This document shows, in pieces, positions 1-8,805 of a DNA stretch of 64,000 bases (its first letter is position 1; every line of letters starts with the position of its first letter). Below the pieces are notes generated by a model, which worked only from the letters and a program-made list of their open reading frames with translations, made no database searches and was not told the DNA's origin. The stretch is taken from positions 124,001 to 188,000 of the forward strand of contig JAHCIT010000007.1 of NCBI GenBank assembly GCA_026129095.1, in the 5' to 3' direction. Source of the stretch: Deltaproteobacteria bacterium (GTDB lineage: Bacteria > JAGRBM01 > JAHCIT01). A program made the position numbers and the translations under genes.

Positions 1-372
1 ACAGACGATCCCCCCCGACACGATACTAAAGAGACGGGAACTGTACTGCCGGTAACGGCAGTGATGGATACCGAAAAAATCTCCGATCGGGGCTTCGACA
101 GAAGGCTGTTCCGCTCCATCCCAGTATATTCTGAGGGCGATCTCACGGTAGAGCGCGGGCCGCCACCATGCCGGGAACCCTACAAATATCCGCGTCACGA
201 TCCCCGCGCCTTCCACGGCAGCCGCTTCGTGGATTCTGCCCGGTTTCAGAATCACACACTTGCGCGACCAGTCGGCAAGGATGCCCGGAAGCTGTGGCAG
301 CGGTCCCTTGTCGTAACTTGTGAGCTGAACGAACCGGCCACGAACGTCCATCGACGGATAAAGGTAATCCAT
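1..372 (-). CDS. DUF2961 / glycoside hydrolase family 172-like protein, N-terminal part (runs off window edge)
   Basis: Not in the ORF track. Manual translation from ATG 372 gives MDYLYPSMDV...EGAGIVTRIF...LRIYWDGAEQPSVEAPIGDFFG, the DUF2961 hallmark motif. The frame stays open to base 1. Confidence 0.8.
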   Translation of the reverse strand, partial: MDYLYPSMDVRGRFVQLTSYDKGPLPQLPGILADWSRKCVILKPGRIHEAAAVEGAGIVTRIFVGFPAWWRPALYREIALRIYWDGAEQPSVEAPIGDFFGIHHCRYRQYSSRLFSIVSGGIVC

Positions 373-414
373 TTTCTCATTAGACCGCAGGCAGGATTGC
401 GGGGCAAGCAGGGA

Positions 415-990
415 CTATTTCCGTTTCAGATAAGCCCGGCCCCTCGGGGAAAGGCCATAGCCGGTGCCAAGACTTTTGGTGAGTCCCAACTCCTTGAGCT
501 TCCGCACATCAAGCTTGAACTTGTCCGCTTCCCCTCCGATCCGCGCCGCCAGTTCGACAGCCCGCACTCCCCGGTTTCTCCGGATGAGATCAAGGACACG
601 GCGAGTCCAGGGGCCGTGGCGGCTGGCTGCGTCCAGACGGGCCAGTTTCCCGTCAATGACCTTCCGTTCGGCGGCCGTCATTGACGTACGCTTTCGAAGG
701 GCGATACGCGGATCAGGGCCGGCCAGATGGAACCGGATGCGATAGATTTTTCCTTCGCGTCCTGCAGCCAGTTCCTGCCGCAGTTCATCCAGTGTTTTAT
801 ATCCCGCCTGCTTCGCTTCGCGGTCCGTGATGGCCGCCAGCGCCATCAGATCCACAGCGAGAAACTCCAGCACACCAGCCGGAGTACGCTGCGTCCTGCC
901 CGGGGTCACCGCTGGTTTTTCCCAGCGCCGGAAGGCGAGCGTCACCTGGCCTGTGGCGATGCCATCCAGGAACCTCTGCCGGAACAGCAC
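415..990 (-). CDS. ASCH/PUA-like domain protein with C-terminal winged-helix
   Basis: N-terminal GIATGQVTLAFRRW resembles the ASCH GxKxxTxR motif. C-terminal GVRAVELA...FKLDVRKLKELGLT..LGTGYGLSPRG is wHTH-like. Confidence 0.65.
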   Translation of the reverse strand: MLFRQRFLDGIATGQVTLAFRRWEKPAVTPGRTQRTPAGVLEFLAVDLMALAAITDREAKQAGYKTLDELRQELAAGREGKIYRIRFHLAGPDPRIALRKRTSMTAAERKVIDGKLARLDAASRHGPWTRRVLDLIRRNRGVRAVELAARIGGEADKFKLDVRKLKELGLTKSLGTGYGLSPRGRAYLKRK

Positions 991-993
991 GGA

Positions 994-1527
994 CTACTCT
1001 GGCTTCCACTCCGTCACACTGAGACGTTCGAGGATAAAGAAGTTCGAGGGGATACAGATCGGGCCAACGCGGATATAGGCCTTGCCGATGAAGAGATCGG
1101 GGTTGGCCGGATCGGGCTGAATCATGTAGTCACGCAGCACCCACGGGTCGAACAGGCCGTTCCGCTTGTTGCTGCCATAGTTGAGCAGCGTCGAGTTCGG
1201 GTAATTGCGGTCGCGCTCACTTTCCCGCACGGGATAAACATCATAGAAGCCGAACCGCTTGGGCTCCGTCGTCTTGTATTCCCACGGACCCTCAAGGCCG
1301 TTCTGCCTTACCGGGATGTTGTACCCCTCGACCTGCCCCTCCCGGTTCCGAAACATCCCCTTGATGAACTTCTGGATGCCTAGAAGGCGTGCAAAAAGGG
1401 GCGTGTTGAATCCCCGGAATTCATAGCCGGCAAACTGTTCAGGCTGTGGCTGAACGCCTTTCAGGAAAATTGCCTCCAGTTCACTGTTCGATGATTGCGC
1501 CAGTCCGTTATAGGTAAGTCCCGCCAT
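994..1527 (-). CDS. conserved hypothetical protein (177 aa)
   Basis: ATG 1527 preceded by GGAAGGA. The longer ORF-track version overlaps the divergent hydrolase. Stop lies 3 nt before the ASCH gene start. Confidence 0.7.
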   Translation of the reverse strand: MAGLTYNGLAQSSNSELEAIFLKGVQPQPEQFAGYEFRGFNTPLFARLLGIQKFIKGMFRNREGQVEGYNIPVRQNGLEGPWEYKTTEPKRFGFYDVYPVRESERDRNYPNSTLLNYGSNKRNGLFDPWVLRDYMIQPDPANPDLFIGKAYIRVGPICIPSNFFILERLSVTEWKPE

Positions 1528-1638
1528 TGCACTGTTTCCTTCCAGCCTAAGCCGCTGCTCGTTTCTAACGGATAGTGGTGGAAAGGGACAAGCCGCCCCT
1601 TTCCGCGTTCCCGCCGGAATGGTAATAGGAACCCCGGC

Positions 1639-2544
1639 ATGGAAGGCACCGGCGATATCCGCAAGATTACACTGAAGGCCAGCGGCATGGATTTCCCGGC
1701 GCTGGAGACAGGTTCGGGACCGCTCGTGCTGCTGCTCCACGGATTTCCCGATCATAACCGCACCTGGCGGCTCCAGATGCCTGCACTGGCGGCAGCGGGT
1801 TTCCGCGCCATTGCCCCTGTCATGCGGGGTTACTCCCCTTCCTGCCAGCCCAGAGACAACGATTACCACGTGATCCGCATGGCCGAGGATGTGCTCGGCT
1901 GGATGGACTGCCTTGGCGAGACCAAATGCCATCTCGTCGGACATGACTGGGGTGCCATCGTCACCTATGCGAGCGGCACCATCGCTCCTGACCGGTTCCA
2001 TTCGCTCACGACACTCGCCGTACCGCATCTCCGCCGCATGCCTACCGGATTACGGGAACTGCCCGGCCAGATACGGAACTCCTGGTACATGATCTTCTTC
2101 CAGCTCCGCATTCTTGCAGACGTGATCGTCGAGCGGAACGACTGGGCCTTTATCGAAAGGCTGTGGCGCGACTGGTCCCCGGGATGGCAATGGCCGCCGG
2201 AAGAGATGGCGGAACTCAAGAAGACGTTCGGCCAGCCGGGCGTCAGGAAGGCCGCCCTCAATTATTACCGCGCCTTCTTTGATCCGCTCTCGCAGGCTTC
2301 ACGCGATACCCGAGCCGCCACCACAGCCCGGATCAATGTACCAACGCTTGCCCTCACCGGAGAGGCCGACGGCTGCATGGATACACGCCTTTATGACATC
2401 GTTATGCGTGCGGAAGACTTTCCCGGCGGACTTCAGGTGGAGCGCGTGAAAGGCACCGGGCACTTCCTTCATCAGGAAAATCCCGTCGAAGTGAACCGAC
2501 TTGTCCTCAACTGGATCCGCGCCCACCAGCCGGAGACGAGATAA
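1639..2544 (+). CDS. alpha/beta hydrolase, epoxide hydrolase-like
   Basis: HGFP oxyanion motif, GHDWG Asp nucleophile, GHFLHQE catalytic His. Confidence 0.9.
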   Translation: MEGTGDIRKITLKASGMDFPALETGSGPLVLLLHGFPDHNRTWRLQMPALAAAGFRAIAPVMRGYSPSCQPRDNDYHVIRMAEDVLGWMDCLGETKCHLVGHDWGAIVTYASGTIAPDRFHSLTTLAVPHLRRMPTGLRELPGQIRNSWYMIFFQLRILADVIVERNDWAFIERLWRDWSPGWQWPPEEMAELKKTFGQPGVRKAALNYYRAFFDPLSQASRDTRAATTARINVPTLALTGEADGCMDTRLYDIVMRAEDFPGGLQVERVKGTGHFLHQENPVEVNRLVLNWIRAHQPETR

Positions 2545-2549
2545 GCATC

Positions 2550-4448
2550 ATGCCGGCTGGCCTGACTCCTGCCGAACGCCAGATCGCCCTGGCCGTCGGC
2601 CAGGCAGTGCTCCCCGACGGACGGGTCTTCAAGGGCGCAGGTGAACGGACCGTCGAGAGAATCGAGAAGTTCGTCACACACGTCGGCGCCACGGCTGTTT
2701 TCGGGCGCTCCCTGCGCATGCTGGAACTGGCCACTCTACCCGGTCACGGCGCACGATTCTCGCACCTGCCCCGGAACGAACGTGAGGCGTTCCTGGCCGG
2801 ATGGCTGGGCGGGCCCTTACCGTTACGGCTCGCCGCGATGGGCCTCACCACCCCGTTCAAGACCACCCACTTCGACGACCCGGAAGTCTATACCGCGATG
2901 GGCTGTGTCTATGAGTTCCACGGCAAACCCGAGCCACCTGAACGGTGGAGGCAGCAGGTGATCCGGGGGGCCGATGCTGCCGGCAGCGGCGAGATCGAAT
3001 GCGATGTGGTGGTGGTGGGCACGGGTGCTGGCGGCGCGGTTTTCGGCAAGGAACTGGCCGAGCGGGGTCTTGCTGTCGTTTTTATAGAAGAAGGCGAGTG
3101 GCGCGACCGGGACCAGTTCACCGGCCGTTCTATCGAAATGCACCGCCGCCACCACCGGAACGGCGGAGCCACCGGCACCATTGGTAACACCTTCATCGCC
3201 GTCCCAATGGGGCGGCTGGTCGGTGGATCGACCGCCATCAATACCGGAACCTGCTTCCGGACTCCCGACTGGATACTGGAGCGGTGGGTGAACGAGTTCG
3301 GCCTCACCGGTTTCGAGCCAGACACCATGCGGCCCTATTTCGAGCAGGTCGAGCGCGAACTCCAGGTGGAGCCGGGCGATCCGAAATACCTGGGCGGCAT
3401 AGCCCGCGTTGTAGCCCGTGGCTGCGAAAAGCTCGGCTGGTCCCACAAGGTCATCCGCCGCAATGCGCCCGGCTGCGACGGGTCGGGCGTCTGTGACTTC
3501 GGCTGTCCGACCGAGGCGCGGCGATCGACCAACATCTCCTACCTGCCGCCCGCACTGAAGCGCGGTTCCATGCTCTATACCGGGCTTAAGGCCGAAAAGG
3601 TGCGGATTGAAAACGGCCGTGCCGTAGGTATTGAAGCAACGTGCCTCGAAACCGGCAAGATGCTGAAAGTCCGTGCGCGGGCGACGGCACTTGCCTGCGG
3701 AACCATGCTGACGCCTGTGCTGCTCGACCGGCAGGGCATCTGCAACAGCTCCGGCTGGTTGGGCCGGAACCTTTCCGTGCACCCCTCAACCAACTGCTCA
3801 GGGCTGTTCGATGAGGAGATCAGGGGCTACGCCGCGATTCCATCCGGCTACACCTGTGACCACTGGATGCGCGACGGCATCCTGATGAACGGCGCTGGGG
3901 CACCGCTCGATATCGGCCCCATGACATTCCCTTTCATCGGGCGGAAACTGATGGAAGTGATGGAAGCCTACGACCGGGTGGCTGGTTTTGGCTACCTGGT
4001 TACCGACCGGGGCAACGGCCGGATGGTGAAACTCCCCGGCGGACGGCATATCTGGTACTACAACCTCGGTGACTATGAGCTGAAGATGCTGAAGACCGGC
4101 ATGATCCGGACCATTGAGGTGCTTCGCGCTGCCGGGGCGAAAGAGGTGTATCCCTCGCTTCCAAACCATGGCGTTATCCGCTCGGACGCCGACGTGGAAC
4201 GGCTCCGGAAGGCGGATATCAGGCCCCGTGACTATACCCTCGTTGGATTTCACCCGCTCGGGACGACACGGCTGGGCTCCCGCCGGAAGGATTCGGTTCT
4301 CGACCCCGACCACCAAAGCTGGGATGTTCCGGGGCTCTATATCGTTGACGGTGGCGCCGTCCCCACGGCTATCAGCGTCAACTCCCAGATCACCATCATG
4401 ACGCTCGCCACCCGCGCCGCCGAGCGGCTGGCCGGGAAGCTGGGGTGA
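2550..4448 (+). CDS. GMC family oxidoreductase (long-chain alcohol oxidase-like)
   Basis: VVVVGTGAGG FAD motif, GRLVGGSTAIN, CDGSGVCDFGC, HPLGT, and C-terminal VNSQITIM. Confidence 0.9.
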   Translation: MPAGLTPAERQIALAVGQAVLPDGRVFKGAGERTVERIEKFVTHVGATAVFGRSLRMLELATLPGHGARFSHLPRNEREAFLAGWLGGPLPLRLAAMGLTTPFKTTHFDDPEVYTAMGCVYEFHGKPEPPERWRQQVIRGADAAGSGEIECDVVVVGTGAGGAVFGKELAERGLAVVFIEEGEWRDRDQFTGRSIEMHRRHHRNGGATGTIGNTFIAVPMGRLVGGSTAINTGTCFRTPDWILERWVNEFGLTGFEPDTMRPYFEQVERELQVEPGDPKYLGGIARVVARGCEKLGWSHKVIRRNAPGCDGSGVCDFGCPTEARRSTNISYLPPALKRGSMLYTGLKAEKVRIENGRAVGIEATCLETGKMLKVRARATALACGTMLTPVLLDRQGICNSSGWLGRNLSVHPSTNCSGLFDEEIRGYAAIPSGYTCDHWMRDGILMNGAGAPLDIGPMTFPFIGRKLMEVMEAYDRVAGFGYLVTDRGNGRMVKLPGGRHIWYYNLGDYELKMLKTGMIRTIEVLRAAGAKEVYPSLPNHGVIRSDADVERLRKADIRPRDYTLVGFHPLGTTRLGSRRKDSVLDPDHQSWDVPGLYIVDGGAVPTAISVNSQITIMTLATRAAERLAGKLG

Positions 4449-4495
4449 GCTCTCCTTTGGCCTTCCCCCTGTTTTGCATATAAAGTCCTTCCGTA

Positions 4496-5503
4496 ATGGT
4501 GGATGTCCTAAATAAGCACCCCGGCCTCACCTTGCGCCCCCGGCGGCTCCGCCGGACGGCACGGCTACGGAACCTCGTGGCTGAGACGGAACTGAACGCA
4601 GGCGATCTCATCCAGGGCGTGTTCGTGGAACCGGGCAAAGGTGTCCGCAAGGAAATCCCTTCCATGCCCGGCGTGTTCCGCATGAGCACGGATGTGCTCA
4701 CAGAACATGCAAAGGAACTGGAAAAGGCCGGCGTCGCCGGGGTGATGATCTTCGGAATCCCTGAAACGAAGGATGAGCACGGATCGGGCGCACATATCCA
4801 CGACGGGATCGTCCAGCAGGCGCTCGAAACGCTCAGGAAAGCAGGGACAAACCTCGTTCTCGTCGCCGACGCCTGCTTCTGCGAATATACCACCAGCGGA
4901 CACTGCGGCGTGCTCTCCAAAGACACCGACACGGTGGTGGATAACGACCGGACCCTGGAAGAACTGGTCAAGGTCGCTGTCTCGCAGGCAAAAGCCGGAG
5001 CTGACGTCATCGCCCCCAGCGGCATGATGGACGGTACGGTGGCCCGCTTACGGACTGGGCTCGACGCGGCGGGGTTCAGCCACATCCCGGTCATGATGTA
5101 TTCCGTTAAATACGCATCGGCCTACTACGGACCGTTCCGCGAGGCGGCCGAAGGAGCGCCCAGGTTCGGCGACCGGCGAAGCTACCAGATGGACCCGCGC
5201 AATGGCCGCGAGGCACTGCTGGAGGCATCGCTCGACCTCGCCGAGGGAGCCGATATCGTCATGGTGAAGCCCGCGCTTGCCTACCTCGATGTAATCCGGC
5301 GCGTGCGGGAGATTTCAGACCGGCCGGTGGCCGCCTACAACGTCTCCGGCGAGTATTCGATGGTGAAGGCGGCGGCCAAGGCTGGCTGGGTCGATGAAAA
5401 GGCGGTGGTGCTTGAGAACCTGACCGCCATGAAACGCGCCGGTGCGGACATCATCGTCACCTACCATGCTCCGGATGTGGCCCGCTGGCTAGCCGCCAAA
5501 TGA
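4496..5503 (+). CDS. hemB: porphobilinogen synthase (delta-aminolevulinate dehydratase)
   Basis: RPRRLR, CFCEYTTSGHCG Zn ligands, APSGMMDG, YGPFR, MVKPA, YNVSGEY. Confidence 0.98.
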   Translation: MVDVLNKHPGLTLRPRRLRRTARLRNLVAETELNAGDLIQGVFVEPGKGVRKEIPSMPGVFRMSTDVLTEHAKELEKAGVAGVMIFGIPETKDEHGSGAHIHDGIVQQALETLRKAGTNLVLVADACFCEYTTSGHCGVLSKDTDTVVDNDRTLEELVKVAVSQAKAGADVIAPSGMMDGTVARLRTGLDAAGFSHIPVMMYSVKYASAYYGPFREAAEGAPRFGDRRSYQMDPRNGREALLEASLDLAEGADIVMVKPALAYLDVIRRVREISDRPVAAYNVSGEYSMVKAAAKAGWVDEKAVVLENLTAMKRAGADIIVTYHAPDVARWLAAK

Positions 5504-6066
5504 GCCGTCACCTGACCATCATCATCTATGGATGGCAGGCGTCGCTCCCCGGCCACTGGCAGTGGTGGGTCCATGACGAACTGGCAAGGCGCGGCGCACT
5601 GGTCAAGTTCCCGCAGCTTTCCGATCCCGATCACCCCAAACTGGACGTCTGGATGCGCGAACTGCTGGAGATCATCGAACCGCACCAGGGGCCAGTTCAT
5701 CTGGTCACCCACTCGCTTGGCACCTGGGTGGCCGATCACCTCATAACCCGGACGGACCGGGAGTTTCTTTCCGCCCTTCAGGTGGCACCCCCCTCCCCTG
5801 ACCTGATGTTCGAGGATGTGGAGACATTCTTCCCGCCCCCAATGGATACCGCCCGGTGGCAATCGAAGGTGAAACATCGTCTGCTCGTCTGCGGCGATGA
5901 CGATATCTACATCGATCCTCCCGAGCAGGAGAAGATCGCCCGCATCTTCGATTGCCCCATGAAAGTCTTTCCGAACGGTGGCCACATCAACATCGACAGC
6001 GGTTTCGGACCGTTCCCGTTCGCCCTGGAATGGCTGAAATCCTGTGGACTGCCGGAACTGTCCTGA
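5500..6066 (+). CDS. RBBP9/YdeN family alpha/beta hydrolase
   Basis: HWQWW, THSLG, DDDIY, GGHINIDSGFG. 4-nt overlap with hemB. Confidence 0.85.
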   Translation: MSRHLTIIIYGWQASLPGHWQWWVHDELARRGALVKFPQLSDPDHPKLDVWMRELLEIIEPHQGPVHLVTHSLGTWVADHLITRTDREFLSALQVAPPSPDLMFEDVETFFPPPMDTARWQSKVKHRLLVCGDDDIYIDPPEQEKIARIFDCPMKVFPNGGHINIDSGFGPFPFALEWLKSCGLPELS

Positions 6067-6069
6067 GTC

Positions 6070-7428
6070 CTATTTCCCGATACAGAACTCGCTGAAGATC
6101 GCACCCAGCACGTCGTCCGGCGTCGTCTCGCCCGTTAGCTCACCAATCCGGTCTAGCGCCGCCTGGAACTCGACCGATACGACTTCCGGCAGATCACCCG
6201 CTTCCATGAGACGTGCCGCCTCGCCCAGAGCCTCCGCCACGGCGGCGAGCGCATCCCGCTGGCGGCGCCGGGCGATGACAATACCCTCCGGACCTTCGTT
6301 GCCACTGCCGTACCGGACCTCGACCGCACGGACTAGGTTTTCGAGCCCCTCGCCAGTCGCGCAACTGACGGGAATCCACGGGCCGGTATCCGGCAGTGGC
6401 TGCGTTCCCGGCAGGTCGGTCTTGTTCCAGATACCGATACGGCGGGCGGGGTCCACCGCGGCAATAATCGCCTGGTCCTCTCCTGACAGCCCTTTTACCG
6501 AATCGACCACATGAAGAACGATATCGGCAGACTCCAGCGCCTGCCGGGAACGGCTGATCCCTTCGGCCTCCACCCCGCCAGTACCTTCACGGATACCTGC
6601 CGTATCGGTAAGTCTCGCCGGGATACGGCCGACCAGGCACCACTCCTCGATCCGGTCGCGCGTCGTGCCAGGCTCTTCATGGACAATCGCCCGGTTCTCC
6701 CCCAGAAGCCGGTTGAACAGGCTGGACTTGCCCGCGTTGGGATTGCCCGCGAGCACAACGCGGATTCCCTCCGTGACTGCCCGGCCCCGCTCCCATGTCG
6801 CCACAAGAGCCGCAACCTCTGCGGCCAGTTCCTTCACCTGAACGGCCATGACCGGCTGCGCCTCGCCTTCACGCACGTCGTCAGTAAAGTCGATCGCCAC
6901 CTCGGTCAGCGCCTTCCAGCGCAGTATCCGGCTTTTCCATTCTTCATACCGCCGGGTGAGCCGGCCCGCCAGTGCCTCAACAGCCGAGCGGCGGCCTTCC
7001 TCGGAACGTGCGTGAATCAGGTCTGCCACCGCCTCGGCACGGGCAAGATCGATCTTGCGGTTGAGATAGGCTCGCAGGGTGAACTCTCCCGGCCCCGCCC
7101 TCCTCGCTCCCAGCGCGATGAAAGTATCCAGAATATCCATGAGCAGTGTCCAGTTCCCATGGGCGTGGATTTCGGCCATGTCCTCGCCGCTGAAACTGTC
7201 GGGGGCACGGAAAACAGCCACCATTGCCTCGTCCAGATGCCGACGGGTTGCCGGATCGGCCAGAAGGCGGCGAACCAGCAGGTTTGGACCGGCCAGCGGC
7301 TGTCCGGTCAGTTTTTCCACAAGGGCATGGGACCGGGGACCGCTCAGGCGCACAATGCCAATGGCCCCAACTCCAGGGGCGGTGGAAATGGCGGCAATCG
7401 TATCGTTCAGGGGCGGCAGCACCATCAT
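6070..7428 (-). CDS. mnmE: tRNA modification GTPase MnmE
   Basis: DTIAAISTA, SFSGED, GNPNAGKSS, GTTRD, DTAG, NKTD, C-terminal FCIGK. Start set at the MMVL ATG. Confidence 0.97.
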   Translation of the reverse strand: MMVLPPLNDTIAAISTAPGVGAIGIVRLSGPRSHALVEKLTGQPLAGPNLLVRRLLADPATRRHLDEAMVAVFRAPDSFSGEDMAEIHAHGNWTLLMDILDTFIALGARRAGPGEFTLRAYLNRKIDLARAEAVADLIHARSEEGRRSAVEALAGRLTRRYEEWKSRILRWKALTEVAIDFTDDVREGEAQPVMAVQVKELAAEVAALVATWERGRAVTEGIRVVLAGNPNAGKSSLFNRLLGENRAIVHEEPGTTRDRIEEWCLVGRIPARLTDTAGIREGTGGVEAEGISRSRQALESADIVLHVVDSVKGLSGEDQAIIAAVDPARRIGIWNKTDLPGTQPLPDTGPWIPVSCATGEGLENLVRAVEVRYGSGNEGPEGIVIARRRQRDALAAVAEALGEAARLMEAGDLPEVVSVEFQAALDRIGELTGETTPDDVLGAIFSEFCIGK

Positions 7429-7585
7429 CTGCCGGCGAGCATAGCTGATACCGGGCAAATTCGGGCCTTTTACCGTTGAACCTATGGCGCACGAGCGGTA
7501 AAGTGCCTTTCTGACTGTTGAGGGCTTTTTCCCGGGGATTGCCAGCACGCCCGATCAGGGGCGCCGGTGCTCCGTCAGGTGCTTT

Positions 7586-8785
7586 GTGACCGATCGAATC
7601 ACACGCAAGTTCGTTTCCGACATCCGCGAAGGCGATGCCATATCGGAGATTTACCTGTGCTCGGAACTTTCCACCGGACAGACCAACAAGGGCAAAGGGA
7701 GCACCTACCTGCGCGTGAAACTCCAGGACCGGACCGGGACGATTGAATGCCGTGTCTGGGACCGTGCCGACGATCTCGCCAGGCGCTTTCAGGCGGGTGA
7801 CTATGTGAAAGTCTCGGCACGGGCGAGCGTCTACCAGGGCAATGTCCAGCTCACCATCTCGGATATGGACGCCGTACCGGTCTCCGAGGTTGATCCGGCA
7901 CTGTTTCTTCCCGCCACCAGATGCGACGTGGACTGGATGTGGGGGCGGCTGCGCGGGATTATCAGCGAGATGCAGGACGCGCATCTCAGGGAACTGGTCA
8001 ACCGCCTGCTCGACGACGAAGAGTTCGCCCGCCGGTTCCGGCAGGCACCCGCAGCGATGGGGAATCACCACGCCTGGATCGGCGGGCTTCTGGAGCACAC
8101 ACTCTCGCTCATTTACCTCATCAAGCGGATAACTCCGCATTACCCCCAGGCCAGCCAGGATCTCTGCATCGTGGGGGCCGTATTCCATGACATGGGCAAG
8201 GTGTGGGAATATTCCTGGGACTCCAAAATCGACATGACCGACGCGGGCCGCCTTGTAGGTCATCTCGCCATGGCGATCGTGAAGATAGAGGAGATCACCA
8301 GAGAGATTCCGGGATTTCCCGAACCACTCAAGCTGGAGTGCCAGCATCTGGTCGCTGCCCATCACGGCCAGCTTGAGTTCGGTTCGCCCAAGCTGCCTCA
8401 AACACTGGAGGCCATGATCGTCCACATGGTTGATAATCTGGATTCCAAGGTGAACCAGATGACGACAGCTCTCACGGGCAATCCGGAAGTCCACGGACGC
8501 TGGACCCAGTACCAAAAGAGTTTCCAGACGCCGCTCTATCGGGGCGGCCGGGCCCGTGAACTCCCCGCCGGCTTCGTACCGCTTCCGGAAGAGCAGGAGG
8601 GCCGAGAAGGGCTATCGGGTCAGGTAGCGGTCCCTGCCGCCGGAGATCCACCCACAAGCCGCCCAGTGCCTCTCGCTCCCGCCGGACCCAGGCCAGCCAA
8701 GACAAAGAAACCAGACAAGAACGGGGAAGATGCCCAAAGTAAAGGACCGGAACTGCCGGCTGTAAGGGATCTGTTTTCCCGATAA
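7586..8785 (+). CDS. 3'-5' exoribonuclease YhaM family (OB + HD)
   Basis: OB fold LQDRTGTIECRVW, PAAMGNHHAWIGGLLEHT, HDMGK, HHGQLEFGSP. Confidence 0.9.
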   Translation: MTDRITRKFVSDIREGDAISEIYLCSELSTGQTNKGKGSTYLRVKLQDRTGTIECRVWDRADDLARRFQAGDYVKVSARASVYQGNVQLTISDMDAVPVSEVDPALFLPATRCDVDWMWGRLRGIISEMQDAHLRELVNRLLDDEEFARRFRQAPAAMGNHHAWIGGLLEHTLSLIYLIKRITPHYPQASQDLCIVGAVFHDMGKVWEYSWDSKIDMTDAGRLVGHLAMAIVKIEEITREIPGFPEPLKLECQHLVAAHHGQLEFGSPKLPQTLEAMIVHMVDNLDSKVNQMTTALTGNPEVHGRWTQYQKSFQTPLYRGGRARELPAGFVPLPEEQEGREGLSGQVAVPAAGDPPTSRPVPLAPAGPRPAKTKKPDKNGEDAQSKGPELPAVRDLFSR

Positions 8786-8805
8786 TTCCTCACGAACCTG
8801 ACTTC

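Noticed and set aside
61-684. 207-aa plus-strand ORF
   Set aside because: Antisense shadow of the DUF2961 and ASCH genes, with no recognisable motifs.
6977-8515. 512-aa minus-strand ORF
   Set aside because: Antisense to yhaM and out of frame over mnmE. Long shadow ORFs are expected in GC-rich DNA.
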